From: the human T2T-CHM13v2.0 reference genome, Homo sapiens
NCBI RefSeq assembly: GCF_009914755.1
Contig: NC_060925.1
Direction: 5' to 3' (one strand)
DNA: 64,000 bases
Below the pieces are notes generated by a model. It saw nothing but the letters and a program-made list of their open reading frames with translations, searched no databases and was not told the origin of the DNA. Of this stretch, positions 47,765 through 62,887 are shown piece by piece. Both the position numbers and the translations under genes were made by a program. The first letter of the stretch is position 1; each line of letters opens with the position of its first letter.

Positions 47765-48524
47765 TGAAAGCGATCCAATAGTCCCATAGACAGTTCTTAT
47801 GGATAAACATAGAAATTAACCCTTCTGGTCTTAAAGCTTGAAACTTACATTTGTTATTTCTTTTTTCCTTTTTTTTTTTTTTTTTGAGATGGAGTCTTGC
47901 TGTGTTTCCCAGGCTGGAGTGCACTGGCATGATCTCGGTTCACACAACCTCTGCCTCCTGGGTTTAAGTGATTCTTCTGCTTCAGCCTCCCGAGTAGCTG
48001 GGAGTACAGGCGCATGCCACCATGCCCGGCTAATTTTTGTATCTTTAGTAGAGACGGGGTGTCACCAAATTGGCCAGGCTGGTCTCAAACTCCTGACCTC
48101 GTAATCCGCCCGCCTCAGGCTCCCAAAGTACTGGGATTACAGATGTGAGCCACCACGCCTGGCCTACATTTGTTATTTCTGAGTTCCTCAGGAGAGGACC
48201 TCCAGTCTTCTCAGAAGGTATCAAATAACTGAAACTCACCAGATCACAGCATCCAGACAATGAGACGTCAGGCCCTTCATTCATTATGATTGCTTCCTTA
48301 CCCCTCCTGACTTTGTTTTCTCATACATTATTACATTTTTTCCTTGCTATATAAACCCCTAATTTTAGTCCCTCAGGTAGATGGATTTAAGACTGATTTC
48401 CCATCTCCTCAGCTGCAGCACCCGATTAAAGCCTTCTTCCTTGGCAATACTCACTGTCTCAGTGATTGACTTTCTGTGCTGTGAGCAACAGAATCTAGAC
48501 TGAACCCCTGGTGTTTCGGTAACA
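47765..48524 (+). mobile_element. Solo LTR related to the provirus LTRs (MER66-like), split by an Alu
   Basis: tgaaagcgatccaatagtcccatag...gaacccctggtgtttcggtaaca; reverse-complement homolog of 43743-44216; tatataaa and attaaa signals present. Confidence 0.8.
47862..48164 (-). mobile_element. AluSg-like
   Basis: Antisense dimer; 16-bp TSD tacatttgttatttct. Confidence 0.9.
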
Positions 48525-48824
48525 TATTCCATCTTCTAATGCTATTTCTTCTATATGCCTTAATGGTTACATGTTTCTTGTACAGTAGAGAAACTTCTAT
48601 GGTGTATATCACCACTTAACTTCTTATTTTTTCAGCTAAATTAACCAGAATGCTTGTGAATGCAGTGCACTGATTTAATTTTCTGCACACTTATGAGATA
48701 GTAGCACACAGCCCATAGGAAGCACTTAATTGATGTTTGTTAAATGAATGGATGAGTAACTTATGTGAAAGCACATTCTCTGGCTCAAGTAGTTCAAGTT
48801 ACTTCCAAATATAGGCAGAATTTG

Positions 48825-49060
48825 AGGATATAGGCAATGAAGAGAAAAGCCCATGGATTTTGGATGTAAACAATTTAGTTTGAACATGGGTCTGACATTT
48901 ACTGGCTATATTACCTTGGGCAAGAGTTAATTCTCTAAGTCTCAGTCTTTTCATCTATAAAATGTGTATAATAATATCCTTATGGGAAGATTGAATATAC
49001 AATTTATATGAACCATTTAGCACAATGATTGGCATATAGCAAGGACTTAATATTATTTCC
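48825..49060 (+). mobile_element. MIR SINE
   Basis: ttaccttgggcaagagttaattctctaagtctcagtcttttcatctataaaatg. Confidence 0.75.
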
Positions 49061-49377
49061 GTTTTTCTTCACTTTAGTTAACTCAGGATTGTCAAAACCA
49101 CTTGAGATTTGGCTCTTTGAAAATAGTCTTGAATAGACTGGAAGTAATATGGAAAATTGTTAACATATGTTAATTCCAGGTGGTAGTAATAGTACCATGA
49201 TTATATATATTTGTGCTTTTCTATGTCTTTAACAGTTCTAAAAATTAAACACATAAAAAACAAAGCATTAAATAAAATGACAGATATTATTAAATAAAAC
49301 ATCAAAAATAAATTGATTCCTACCTTTATAAATATAGAATAGGGAATTGAGTCATTCAGTTGAGTTACATTTGTTGA

Positions 49378-49802
<425 letters not shown>

Positions 49803-52447
49803 TTATGCGGCACATTTTACCTGGATTTAGGAGATTCGGAAAAGCTAAGAGGAATTAATGATGTGTAGGAGTAAGTGATGTATAAACTGGCAGGCAGAGA
49901 ATGAACAGGAGTGAGGGATGGAGGCGGGGAGTGTCCCATGGACAAGAAAAAGCACATACTAGAGACTACAGGGAATGGAGAATGAAGAATAGTTCAATAT
50001 GGATGGAGCATAGGGTTCAAGATAGAAGGTGGGGGACAGACAAGGCTTGCGAAGAGGGCAGGGGTCTGATCATGAAAGGCCATGAAGCTTTGTACCTCCT
50101 GGGGAGAGTTCATCCACAAAAACATGACCCCCATCTGTCACTGTTAGCGAGGTCTCCATTTTTTGTACTAATGTTGTGGTGCTTAGGAAGCAATAATTCA
50201 GTGCTTGAAGTCTGATGGAATGCTGTGGTTTCTGGGGAGCCCAGAATCATGGTGCTGCTATTTTTAATGGACAGAAACTTACTGTATTTCAAGTGAATAA
50301 AATGAGCATAGAGGTTTTGTCTCCTACACATTTTCAACCTAAGGACTTTTATAGATGGATCGAAGCTGTCCTGAGCCAAAGTGTATCAGTTCTGCCTACC
50401 ATCAGCAGAAGATATTAGCAGTGGTTTGTTTAATTTCTTTTTGGACTTTCAGAGAAACAGACTTGAAGATAGCCTTTGGGAAGCTAACTTGTAAGTACAT
50501 AAGCTTTGTAATACAAAGTTAACTTTATCTTAATTTTCGTATACTGCTGACATTTTCTTGCATCAGATGGATTATGTTTGTGTCCCGGATCTTGAGGTTA
50601 GCCAGAGTTTGTAAAACTAATAAATAATTTTACAATCTGGAAGATTTTTCTTTTAACAAAACCAATGGCATGTGTCCATTATCCTATGGAGCTAGGACAA
50701 CTTGAGTTTGGTTTGGAGAATCTAGAACACAGTTGCTCTGGGGCAGGGATGAAGGAGGATTACATTCTAATGACAGTCATTTGCAATGTCTCATCGTGTT
50801 CAAACATAGGACGATTACACAAGGTTTCATAATGGAAAATAAGCGGTCCAGATAATTCAGAATACACAAACCATTTGGTGACCTTGCCTGTGACTCCTCA
50901 GGGAGGGAGCTCATAGGAAAACTGATGATCTGAGATTGTGATTTGCCCAAAGTTGCAGAATAACATTATACTCTAATTCCCAACTGTTGCTCTATGGACT
51001 TGGTTTTTACAATTATCTAAGATTTTCAAAGACTCTAAGCTTTGCAAACTCTAATTACATGACAAAGTTCCTGGCCATTAGCTTTTAATTTTAGAGTATA
51101 CTTTTTATTGTCGTTTGAGTTTTATGTACTTTTTATTGTCATTTGAATTCTGCATGATGATAGTCTTCCTTTCCTTCACTCCCTACCCTGATCTTCCTTT
51201 CTCCCCAACCCTATTGATACTGAGAAAATTAACATCTCATTTGGAAGTGGGATGTTTGAAGGGATAGATTATCTTTACAGTTTGTTTCATGTGTCCAAGA
51301 AAATTTTTAAGCTGCAGCTCGGGGTAGCATTTTTCTTTCCTCCAGCTCTGTATTTTTTTCTTATTTAATGTGATCAGTAGTTCAAAGCAGGATCTATTTA
51401 TTTTTGGCTCACTTTCCACCTCACTGGTTGTGACTTTTAGATGTGTATGTGGATTTTGTTCTCACAGGAAGATCTAAGGAGACCCTGTTATAAGCATGGG
51501 TTAACCGCCATAAGGCACAGCTGGTGCAAATCAGCATGATGCAGCATAGCTTAGGGTTATTGGCAGCGCTTGTGTTTAGAATTATACAGTAAAGAAGAAA
51601 AGGGGCTCTGTACTATAGGATAGGAAAGAAGGAAAAATCTAGCGGGGGAGAAGGGAGGATATCAAACATAAACAGGAGAGGGAAGACATAAAAGAGTAGG
51701 GGTTTTCCTAGTGACCTCATAAACAAGTAGTATGGGGAAAACTGTATACTATGTAAAGTTTTACTAAATAAAATGATGTTTATATATAATCCTTTATGGT
51801 TTCAGGGATTTGGGACACCTTATTTTATATGATATGTTTCTGTCCTTTATGGGGGTAAACAGAGAAACTGTGGGGAGGCTTGATAGCCCATGGAGAACTG
51901 GGAGGGTTCTTTAAAGAAGTTGGGGAGAATGGAAAATCTAGGATGGGAAAAAGGGTCTGGATTCTATATTCCAAATTCTCTGTCCTCAGTCTGATTTGAT
52001 GTATGTCATCTATGGTTCAGCTACATGTCTCAGGTTTTGGATCAAAATATACATGGTCAGCATAAGTCTCTCTGAGCAGATTGACATATTTTCCCAGATC
52101 ATTACAAAAGAGGGCTCATCCTTTAGGGAATTGTCTGCATCTTTCCTGAGGCCTGGATTCAGTGCTCCTTTGAAGACAAATGGGCCGTGATAGGTGGAGC
52201 GGTTTCTGTAAGAGATGGTCCTGTGCCAACCCCCTGGCAGAATTGTACACCTGGCACTGGTACAACTGGTGCTCCGCTTAGACTTTTCTCTCAGTCTTTC
52301 ATGGACACCTATTAGGTGGCTGGGAGGAAGAAAGAAGGGGAAACTTCCTCCTCCCCTGGAGGACAGACTGCTATCAGTAAGGAAGCTGTGTAGCTGTTCA
52401 TTAGAAGTGGTGATTCTTATTTGGAGCATTGCAAAATTTCAAAATTT

Positions 52448-52844
52448 TCCCTTCCTTCCTTCCTTCCTTCCTTCCTTCCTTCCTTCCTTCCTTCCTTCCT
52501 TCCTTCCTTCCTTCCTTCCTTCCCTCCCTCCCACCTTCCTTCCTCTTCTTTCTTTCTTATAGTCTTGCTTTGTCGTCCAGGCTGGAATGCAATGTCACCC
52601 AGGCTGGATCTTGGCTCACTGCAACCTCTGCCTCCTGGGTTCAAGAAATTCTCCTGCCTCAGCCTCCTTAGTAGCTGGGATTTCAGGCATGTGCCACCTC
52701 GCCCAGCTAATTTTTGTATATTTAGTAAAGATGAAGTTTCACCGTGTTGGCCAGGCTGGTCTTGAACTCCTGACCTCAAGTGATCTACCCACCTCAGCCT
52801 CCCAAAGTTGCTGGGATTACAGGCATGAGCCACCGTGCCTGGCC
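52448..52844 (-). mobile_element. AluS whose tail has become a (TTCC)n microsatellite
   Basis: Alu body about 52560-52844; (TTCC)n about 52450-52545 lies inside the TSD caaaattt. Confidence 0.88.
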
Positions 52845-53624
52845 AAAATTTCTTTTTATTATCTTGAGATCAAGACGTGCTCAGGTTTCACGATGAGTGT
52901 GTAAGATGACTCTCGATGCTAATTCTAGGACAGTGTGTGAGGTAGCCCCCACAGTTAATTCTGGGTCAAGGTGAGTGTGTGAGATAGCCCCAAAGTTTGC
53001 TCTAGGTCTGGGTTTGTGGATTGTGTTGGAAACTTTAAAAAACAAGGACTTGTGTAGAAGTTTGAGGAAAGATAGTTTGTAAATTTGTATCTTTTTTTTT
53101 TTGAATGATAGGAAAGCATCAGTGTTGAGTTCTGCAAGCCAATTGAAAACAGAAGGTATTTTATGCATAGTGTGTGGGTGAAGAATGTATTTGTGAAGGA
53201 GGAAATGGGTCAATTGAAATAACTATCAATTCATAAAAGAGAAAATCAGTATCTAATTAGCATGAAGAATGCTCAGATCAAATAGTGTCTAAAATGTTGA
53301 TTCAGTTTAGTTTTATATAAAATACTTAGTGAGATATAAAGGATATAGAATTTGATAAAACTCACCTTGATTCCAGTTTCCTCCCTGGGAGAATACCTGT
53401 GAATGGGTGCAACATTCTTAATGTGCTGGGTGACTTGATTTTTTGCAAATAATTATTTTGGTGGAAATGTGGGTTCATAATGTTTCTAATATGCTTTGCG
53501 TCATTTTTCAGGAGCATGATAAATTTGAACTGTTACATCTATTTTACTTTGGAGCAGTCCTCCTTGTCGTCAAGGGCATCCATTTTTGAAACAGCTGTTT
53601 GGATTGAGGGATACAGGATGTGGC

Positions 53625-53720
53625 CATAAAGTAGATCAAAGTTAATTGGCCCTCAGGGTAAACAAGCTCATGACCTTGGCCTCATTAGCCCTGTGCTGTA
53701 ACTAGCTGAAGTAACCTGCC
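53625..53720 (-). mobile_element. tRNA-Ile(AAT)-derived SINE head (MamSINE1-like) or decayed tRNA pseudogene
   Basis: Minus strand ggcaggttacttcagctagttacagcacagggctaatgaggccaaggtcatgagcttgtttaccctgagggcca aligns to tRNA-Ile GGCCGGTTAGCTCAGTTGGTTAGAGCGTGGTGCTAATAACGCCAAGGTCGCGGGTTCGATCCCCGTACGGGCCA. Confidence 0.7.
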
Positions 53721-54799
53721 CTGGGCAGGAAGTTTGCTTCCCTGAAGAAGCTTCAGCATTTAGAAATTATCCAATAAGTCTTCTCATTTTGCCAACCTGC
53801 CCTCTTCTGCCCCAGCACTGAATGCTTGGATGGTGAGTGAGAAGAGGGGGAGATTCAGTGCTTTATGGGATTACCATCAGGTAGGAAAAAAAATGTTAAA
53901 GTCATGCTTATTTTATAGGATTTGTATACAGGCTTGAGGATAGGTTTTGGCCAATAGAAAGCCTCTACATGTGTCACAACAAAAGGTGTATGATAGGTGA
54001 TACTTTCAGCGCGGTGGACTCTTTTGAGTCTCAGTTTTGCCTTACCTCTTCATACTGTCTGGATAAATAATGAAATATGCCACAATAGCCCTGACCATGA
54101 AATGGATTAATGAAGCTGCAGTTCAAGACTGTACACAAGAGTAAAAGACATTTTTCCTTTCCCAGGCCCAAGAAAACAAAGGAGTCATGCTGTTCCGTGG
54201 CAATGGAGCCACCAGCAGCTCCTGAAGGCCAGTTCTCTGCAGCTGGTTTATATTCCTCACACTTCAGGGCCTATTGCTAAGTAGGTTTGTCAACATTTCC
54301 TCCAAGCACCTCTTTTCTAGCCTTTCCATTGGCCAGAGGGATGGGGCAGGGATAAGAGTGATCCTTCCGACTTTATGGATAGCTAGGACATTTTGGTTCT
54401 TCATACTCCCAGGCATGGACTAGTTCCTCTTATCAAAATCTCTTTTCTGAAGTAAAATAAGTAGAAAAAAATCAAATTCAATTGAAAACCCAGATGAAGC
54501 AATTATTACTCTTCTTTTTTCCACTTCCTTCTCCTTCCTAACACACACAGTAAACATTTTTTTGGAGAGATCAATTTCTTCTATGTAGACTGGAATACTT
54601 CCCCCTTACCTTAGCTGGCTGAAAGTATTATGGATTGCTCTGCTAAGAACTCTCTTTTTCTTCCCTCTTTGGCCACATACCCAGTTGCTATTGAAAACAC
54701 TAACTTAGAAACCCATTAAAATAGTTATGGAATATTTATTAAGTTTTTTAATACTGTGGAGTATAAGAAACCTAAACTAGGCCCCGGTTTTTCTCCCAA

Positions 54800-55220
54800 A
54801 TGCCACTCCACTCTGTTAAGCTATTTCTCCACCCCATCTGATCCATTTACTGAAAGTTAACCACTGTTAACCATTTCTCGAGATTCTTTACAGAAGAAAA
54901 AAATCATGCATGTACCTGAATGTATATATGTACCCATCTCTACATATATGTGTGTGTTTTAACATATAAGGTATCATAGTGTACATGTCATTCTATACCT
55001 GGCATTTTTCCTTTAATGATGTGTCTTAGAAATCTTTTCATGTTGGCACACACAGATCCATCTCATTCTAACTACACAGTAATCCATTACATGGATGTGC
55101 CATTTTCATTTAACAGTCTCTATACTGATGGACATATTGATGTATTTTTAAAACCACAACAAATTGTGCTCTAAAAAGGTTATGCCCATTTGCACTCTCA
55201 AGAGTATAAAAATCCATTTT
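54800..55220 (-). mobile_element. L1ME-type 3' fragment
   Basis: taaccactgttaac...tccattacatggatgtgccat...tactgatggacat. Confidence 0.65.
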
Positions 55221-56630
55221 GAATAGATAGAAAAATAATATTTTCCCAGACTCATGTAGCTGGTTTCTGATTTTATTCCTAAAGTGTTTTCTGTGTTCTA
55301 GTTTATGAACACCTGATACATAAATAAGTGATGTTCCTATCTAGCTCTTAAGCTAATCAATAGAATAAATCTTCTTTCACACCTTACAAGTTAATGTTCA
55401 CCCTGTGCTTGGCCAGAAAAGGATGTGGGTTCTATGAGGATTGTCCACCGATGGCACTCTGTCCCCAGATACCTGCCACAAAGATACCAGGGCTCCAATT
55501 CCAGAAAACATAGCCCAGGAAACAGGACTTTACTATTCCATCTCCACCCAGACACGTGGTATTTTGAGAGGTTATTGCCAACTCTGCTGCCTTTACACAG
55601 ACCCATCAAATTTGTGAGGCAAGATAGAATCTTTTTTGCTACTTCTAAAGGAAACTCAGTGCGTTCATCAGGGAAATGGAGCTCATTACATGGACAGGGA
55701 AGCTGGGAGGAATAACCACTTAAAAGCACTTTGAAGCGTGTTCAATCACAGTTAAATGCTTCTTCATAAAACTTGATTTTTGAGGTCTGTTTGGCATCAC
55801 AGAACTTGCAACTATTGTGTCTTCATAACTCATGGCCTGGGATTTGGCACTACATATTTTTATGGCTGAACAGGAATAGTATAATACACATGAGAGCTAC
55901 TCAGATATCTAATATTACAGAATAATGCAGAAGACAGAATAGATATTGTGGTGGGTGGATTATAATTATTTTATTTTTGTTGGTAATGTGCTCTAGGTAC
56001 CATGCAGGGATTTGGTGAGATTGCTGTCATATTTTCTAAAGTATCTGGAATTCCTAAGAGGAAAGCTGGAAAATGAGTGCAAAGTAATGATGCACAGTCT
56101 CCTTAACTCTCCTAGTGCCATGGGGGTGTAGACAATGGCAAAATGAGAGGGTAGTCAGACGTCCATGTGTAGATCTCACTGCTTTACAGGGAACAAGAGG
56201 CTGAGTATTGTACTGGATGCAAGAATCAACTTTGCCCACCTTAATCATAAACAGAAATATCTAGTTCTCCGGCCTGAACCTTTTCCACTGGTACTGAATT
56301 TCTAAAGATAACTGAATTTCTAAAAGATAACCGGGGGAGGGTAGAGCTGCATTCCCAGGATCCTTGAGTTTCCTATCAATGAGGAAAGCTGCTGCTTATT
56401 TGTGGACCCAGTGGGTGCCAAAAGGAAGAACTGAAGGGATTTCTACTGGGTTACTGAATTTATTCCAGCTCCGTTTTGGGGAACTCTCAAACCTTGGGGT
56501 GAGGAGTGGGGGTTCCCAGATGAATTCAACAAGAGAGAGAGGGAGGGGGAGATGGGAAGAGATAAGTTCAAATAGACAGGCAAAGGGAAGAAAATAAGGA
56601 ACACACACACATACATATATATAATGATAC

Positions 56631-56707
56631 TTAGATTGGCACAAAAGTAATTGTGGTTTTGCATTGAAAGTATAGCAAAAACCACAATTACTTTTGCACC
56701 AATCCAA
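56631..56707. mobile_element. MADE1 (Hsmar1-derived MITE)
   Basis: ttagattggcacaaaagtaattgtggtttt...aaaaccacaattacttttgcaccaatccaa palindrome. Confidence 0.9.
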
Positions 56708-58269
56708 TATTATTACCTAAGGACTCACAGAGATTTCCTTAAGTCCACAGGGACAGGAGCCCTTGCCCTCCATGCTTCAGGAATGATTTGATTAAGGATA
56801 CTAAACAGGCATGTGACAATGTGAGCTTGCTCAATAATAATCCTTGATGGACTATTACTCATTTTGTGAAATTGAGCCAAGTCTCTCTTTCCTGCTCCCC
56901 CTTTCTCCTTATTTCCCTTTCCCCCAGCTACTTTGCTTTGCTAAGTAATCAGACATGGATCTTATTCCCAAGATATTTATATTCTTAGGGAAATAAGACA
57001 TTTAAAATAAGGAAGAATGCAATAAAATCTATAATGGAAACCCAGCTAATGAGCCACAGGAGTTCAGAGGAGGGAGATGTAACCAGTTGGAGTGGGGAGG
57101 AGATTATGGATTGTCATATTTTTGAATTTAATATTTATTGTGAATGCCTAAGTTAAATAGGAATGGAATGGGAAAAAGACTTTTCCAGGGTGTGGAGTTG
57201 TCAGGAATAAATCAGGGAGGTCTGCAGTCTTGGGGCATGAATAGCATACAATGATGAGATTATTCTGAGTGGAGTGAAGGGTACACAAGCATATTAAGGA
57301 AGAAGTTTCAATGGTGTGGTGGGGCTCTAATCTGCAGGGCCTTGAATGTTCATTGTCATAGCTACAGATAATTGTTAGAAATAGCCTGGTTTGCTGCAAA
57401 AGACAGGGCAAACTGGGAGGGACCAGATCTGCCCTCGAGGATTGATCAGGAACTGTGAGGAAGTCTAGGCTGGCAGACAAGGCATTAGAAGAGATGTGCA
57501 GAAGAATATGGCGATAGATGACAAGCGGTCACCCAGACAAGTTGGTACTGAGAGGTAGGAGACAAGTCTCAAGGAGGGAAGGTGCCTGATACTGGGAAAT
57601 ACAGGAACAGGTGGCACTTAGAAGTGTAATCAAGACTGAGGGAATAAGAAAGTCTGTCAGCAGTTAGCAGGCTCCAGCCGCTATGCTCAGGTTCATGGGC
57701 AGACTTCCAAGCTCTGGGAGGAAACAGCAGAATGGAAAGCAAGAAGCTGGGCCCCAGCCCCAGAGGGACCAGGCAGATTTCCAAGCCAGGAGTCAGACCT
57801 GGAACATGGGCCTGACTAGCAGTAAGAATGGTTCAATACTCCATTCCAGAGTGCTGAGCCAAAGTCTTTTAATGCCTTCTGCTTAAGGTTATGACTGACC
57901 TTCGACGCTGGGTTTACAGGTGGGAGCAGAGCGGTCCAGCTGTTTGGAGGGGAGGATGCAGATACTGGAGAAACAGTCAGGGTTCACTGCTGGCTAAAGA
58001 GTCTAGGCCTTATTTAGTAGGCAAAAGGAGAACAATGGAAAAATTAAAACAGAGGAATATCTTAATTGGAGCTGTATTTCAGGAAGATCTATTTGATCCT
58101 AGTGTGTAAAAGGAACCAGAGTTAAGTGAGTCCTCACCTGTAACAAATTTCGGCCATTCTCCTTCCTAAGCACTTCTCCAGTGTGTTCACTTCTCTGCAG
58201 GCCCCCTTCTAATACTGTGGCATAAACTATATGAGTAAAATTCATACAATTAATAAACTAATAAAACAT

Positions 58270-58365
58270 TAATTTCACGTGTTTCTTTTCATTCTTTTCA
58301 TGTGGCTTCTGGAAAAAGTTAAAATTTATAAGCGGCTCACATTATTTTTCAGTGGGGCAGTGCTG
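58270..58365. mobile_element. MER3/MER33-like hAT-Charlie fragment
   Basis: atgtggcttctggaaaaagttaaaatttataagcggctcacattatttttcagtggggcagtgctg. Confidence 0.6.
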
Positions 58366-58369
58366 CTCT

Positions 58370-58940
58370 AATCCTTTCTCCATATTGCGGTTAGAACTTT
58401 TTAAAATGCAAGTCTTCTCATGTAGCTCTACTGCATGAAATCTCCCCATAATCTCCATTGCCCCAGGATAAAGTCTAAATTCCTTAGCATGGCCCCCACC
58501 CTCTTTGTCATCTGGCCTTAGCCCATCTCCCATTGCACTAATCCTTCAGGTGTATCAAACTATTTTCGGTCCACCCGTGAAATTACTTTGTATTCTTTGG
58601 CATCCATGCCTTTGCTCCTGCCATTCCTTCGCTTGAACTGAATATTTCTCCCCTTTTTCATGTGTTAACTTTTGCCTCCTATTAAGGTCTCAGCTGTAGG
58701 CATACCTGACTCCTTGACTGTGGATTAGGTGCTTCTCCTTGATGCTAAGGGCCACATCCTGTGCCTGCTCTACTATAGCATTTCTCGCATTATTTTTGAG
58801 GTCCTATTATCTTTATCCTCTACCTAGACTGTATGTTCTTTGAAAATAGGAACTCTGTATTGATCCTTATGTCATGTCCAGCACCCAGCACAGTACCTGG
58901 AGCATAATAGCTGCTTGCATGATTGTATGAATGAATGAAT
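58370..58940 (+). mobile_element. L2 3' region
   Basis: ggataaagtctaaattccttagcatgg...cacccagcacagtacctgg...tgaatgaatgaatg. Confidence 0.75.
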
Positions 58941-59065
58941 GGGGCAGATGTGCTAGGTGAAATGAACCTGAACCAGCATAGTGGCATTGGGAATGAAAAG
59001 GATAAGACACTCATCAAGAACGTAATTTGTGAGTGCTGGCAACCATGTAAATTGACCTCTAATTA

Positions 59066-59920
<855 letters not shown>

Positions 59921-60049
59921 TACTAATGAGTATGAAGAACTAATGCAATTCATAAAATGCCCTAAGTCCTAAATAATATTAAAAATAGCAATGATGTGGA
60001 CAAATGTTCTAAGGAAAAAAGAAACATTCTTTTTAAAGTATTCTGATAC

Positions 60050-60235
60050 TTGGAGTCAAAAGACAGGTTTAAGACTTTGGTCCAGCATTTATGTTGTCTG
60101 TAGTCTTGATATTTCAGTTTTTTAGGTCATAAAATGGAGACAGTAATACCTCTACATTTGGGGCTCATTGTGAGTATTAGGGGAATATATGTAGAAGCAT
60201 CTTGCAAATTGAAAAGTGACAGAAAACACTAGTTA
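60050..60235 (+). mobile_element. MIR SINE
   Basis: ttggagtcaaaagacaggttta...ataaaatggagacagtaatacct. Confidence 0.6.
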
Positions 60236-60923
60236 TTGCCAATACAAAAATATTTATACCTGCAAGTAGGTGATAAACATGCTGTAGTGATTAAATTGTA
60301 CATAATCGGGACCTGCTCAAATAATGTAAATCTCAAACAAACCATCCTAGCACAGAGGAACGTGGACAATTTACACTTTGTCACATGACATTCCATCAAT
60401 ACAACTCATGGAATGAGCTAATGAGAGAGTGAGCAAGAGGTGGCTTGATTGGGCGCCCTCCTTCCCAGTGCCCGGTCTGTGATGGCCTCACATTTGACCT
60501 CTAACTGTGGCTCACACTATTCACTCTGCTTGCATTGCTCTCTTCTTCACTCCTGCATTGCTTCACTAAACCCCAGCCCTACCACCTTAAAACTCTACTC
60601 ACATTTTAAGTCTCCTTCAGGATGCCTTAATGGGGTACGAGTTCTTTGTCTGAAGGCTCACAGCATTCAGTACTTCTAAAGTTGTCTTTTTTCCTCTCTC
60701 AAGAGAGATCCCAATATCGTCTTCTCTTCCATTTCCTGGTCAAGGATAGCACTAACACCTAAGTATTTCCAAGGTGGGAATTGAAAGAGGCCTTTCCATC
60801 CAGCCTGTATTCCTGTCCCCAGACATGTGCCAGACCTGTGCTAGGATGGCTGAATTAAATGGAACAAATGATAACATTAGCATTTGAATTTGGAATTTAG
60901 GGTCAGGATGGTTCCATAGAAGC

Positions 60924-61351
60924 TGCTATAGTTTGGATGTTTGTCCCCTCCAAACTTCATGTTGAAATTTGATCCCTAGTGTTGGAGGTGAGGCTTAACA
61001 GGGGGTGTTTGGGTCATGGGGGCAGATCTCTTGTGAATGGCTTAGTGTCATCCTTGCTGTAGTGAGTGAGTTCTTGCTTTATTAGTTCCCACAAGAGCTG
61101 ATTGTTAAAAAAAACAAAAACAAAAAAAAAAGAGCCTGGCACCTCCCCGCTGTCTCTCTTGCTTCCTCTCTCACCACGTGATCTCTTACAGCTCCCCTTC
61201 ACCTTCCACTATGAGTGGAAGTAGCCTGAAGCCCTCAGCAGATGCAGATGCTGGTGGTGCATCTGCAGAGCCATGAGTCAAATAAGCCTTTTCTTCATAA
61301 ATTACCCAGTCTCAGGTATTCCTTTATAGCAACACAAAATGGACTAGGAAA
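60924..61351 (+). mobile_element. MSTB-like MaLR solo LTR
   Basis: tgctatagtttggatgtttgtcccctccaaa...cctttatagcaacacaaaatggacta; perfect 5-bp TSD gaagc. Confidence 0.85.
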
Positions 61352-61414
61352 GAAGCCCACACTCACTTGCTTCCCTTTTACCTGCTTACTTTGTTCATTC
61401 CCTTGTTTGTCTCC

Positions 61415-61849
61415 TGTACTAGTCAGGGTTCACTACAGATACAGAAATAATAGGAATATATTTAATTGGGAATTGGCTTACATGATCATGGAGGCTGAGA
61501 AGTCACATATCTGCTGTCTGCAACCAGCAGCGAAATTCAGTCTAAGGGCCTGTGAATCAGGAGAGCCAATGATGTAAATCCCAGTCCAAGCACATTAAAA
61601 GATGAGATGAGATGTCCCAGCTCAAGCAGTGAGGCAGGGAAAAATGGGACAAATTCCTCCCTCCTCTCTTCTGTTCTATTCAGTCTCTCAATGGATTAGA
61701 TGATATCCACTTCCATTGGGGAGAGCAATCTATTTTACAGAATTTACTGATTCAAATGCTGACCTAAATCCAGAGACATACCTAGAAACAATGCTTAATC
61801 TGGACACTCATTGGCTCAGTCAAGTTGACACATAAAATTAACCATCACA
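61415..61849 (-). mobile_element. MLT2B-like ERVL solo LTR
   Basis: tgtactagtcagggttc...cagtcaagttgacacataaaattaaccatcaca; TSD tctcc/cctcc. Confidence 0.82.
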
Positions 61850-62407
61850 CCTCCCTTACTTTAGATCCAGGAGCAGTATGTATCATTTAGTACTTTATGC
61901 ACAGTACATGTTCTGTTGAGGTCACTAAAATAGTTATTTATTTACCTGGCCCTTGACAGAGGATTATTTGAAGGATTATGGGATTACATAAAATAAAACA
62001 AAAACAAGGGACATACACACAGTATATTATACTATTAAAACAAATTAGTGCTCAAGAAGAGAAGATGTAGTGCTATTCTTATTTAGGAAAAATATACAGT
62101 ATTAGCCTATTTGACATGTGTGTGAACTAGGGGGGCACGTCCAGGATTCTTTTTAATCTGTGCTCCCTCTAACTCTCCAATTCTGTCTTCTCTGCCTAGA
62201 TTGCTCTCTTCCCCTACCCACCCCTTCCACTACAACTTCTGATTAATTCTGCCTCATCTTTTGGATGTCACCTAAGAGATTGTTTTCTTTGGGAAGTCTT
62301 TCTTGAATTCTATGGGCTTAGCCTGTATACTGTAATAGGAGGTTTTCTCTCAACATTTATCATATGGTAGTGTAAGTGCTTTGTCTGTTTCTCCCTCTAA
62401 TCCATTA

Positions 62408-62887
<480 letters not shown>

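Noticed and set aside
56293-56329. Two-copy micro-duplication; similar ones at about 6897-6935, 51099-51154 and 52933-53010
   Set aside because: Ordinary slippage duplications with no sign of function.
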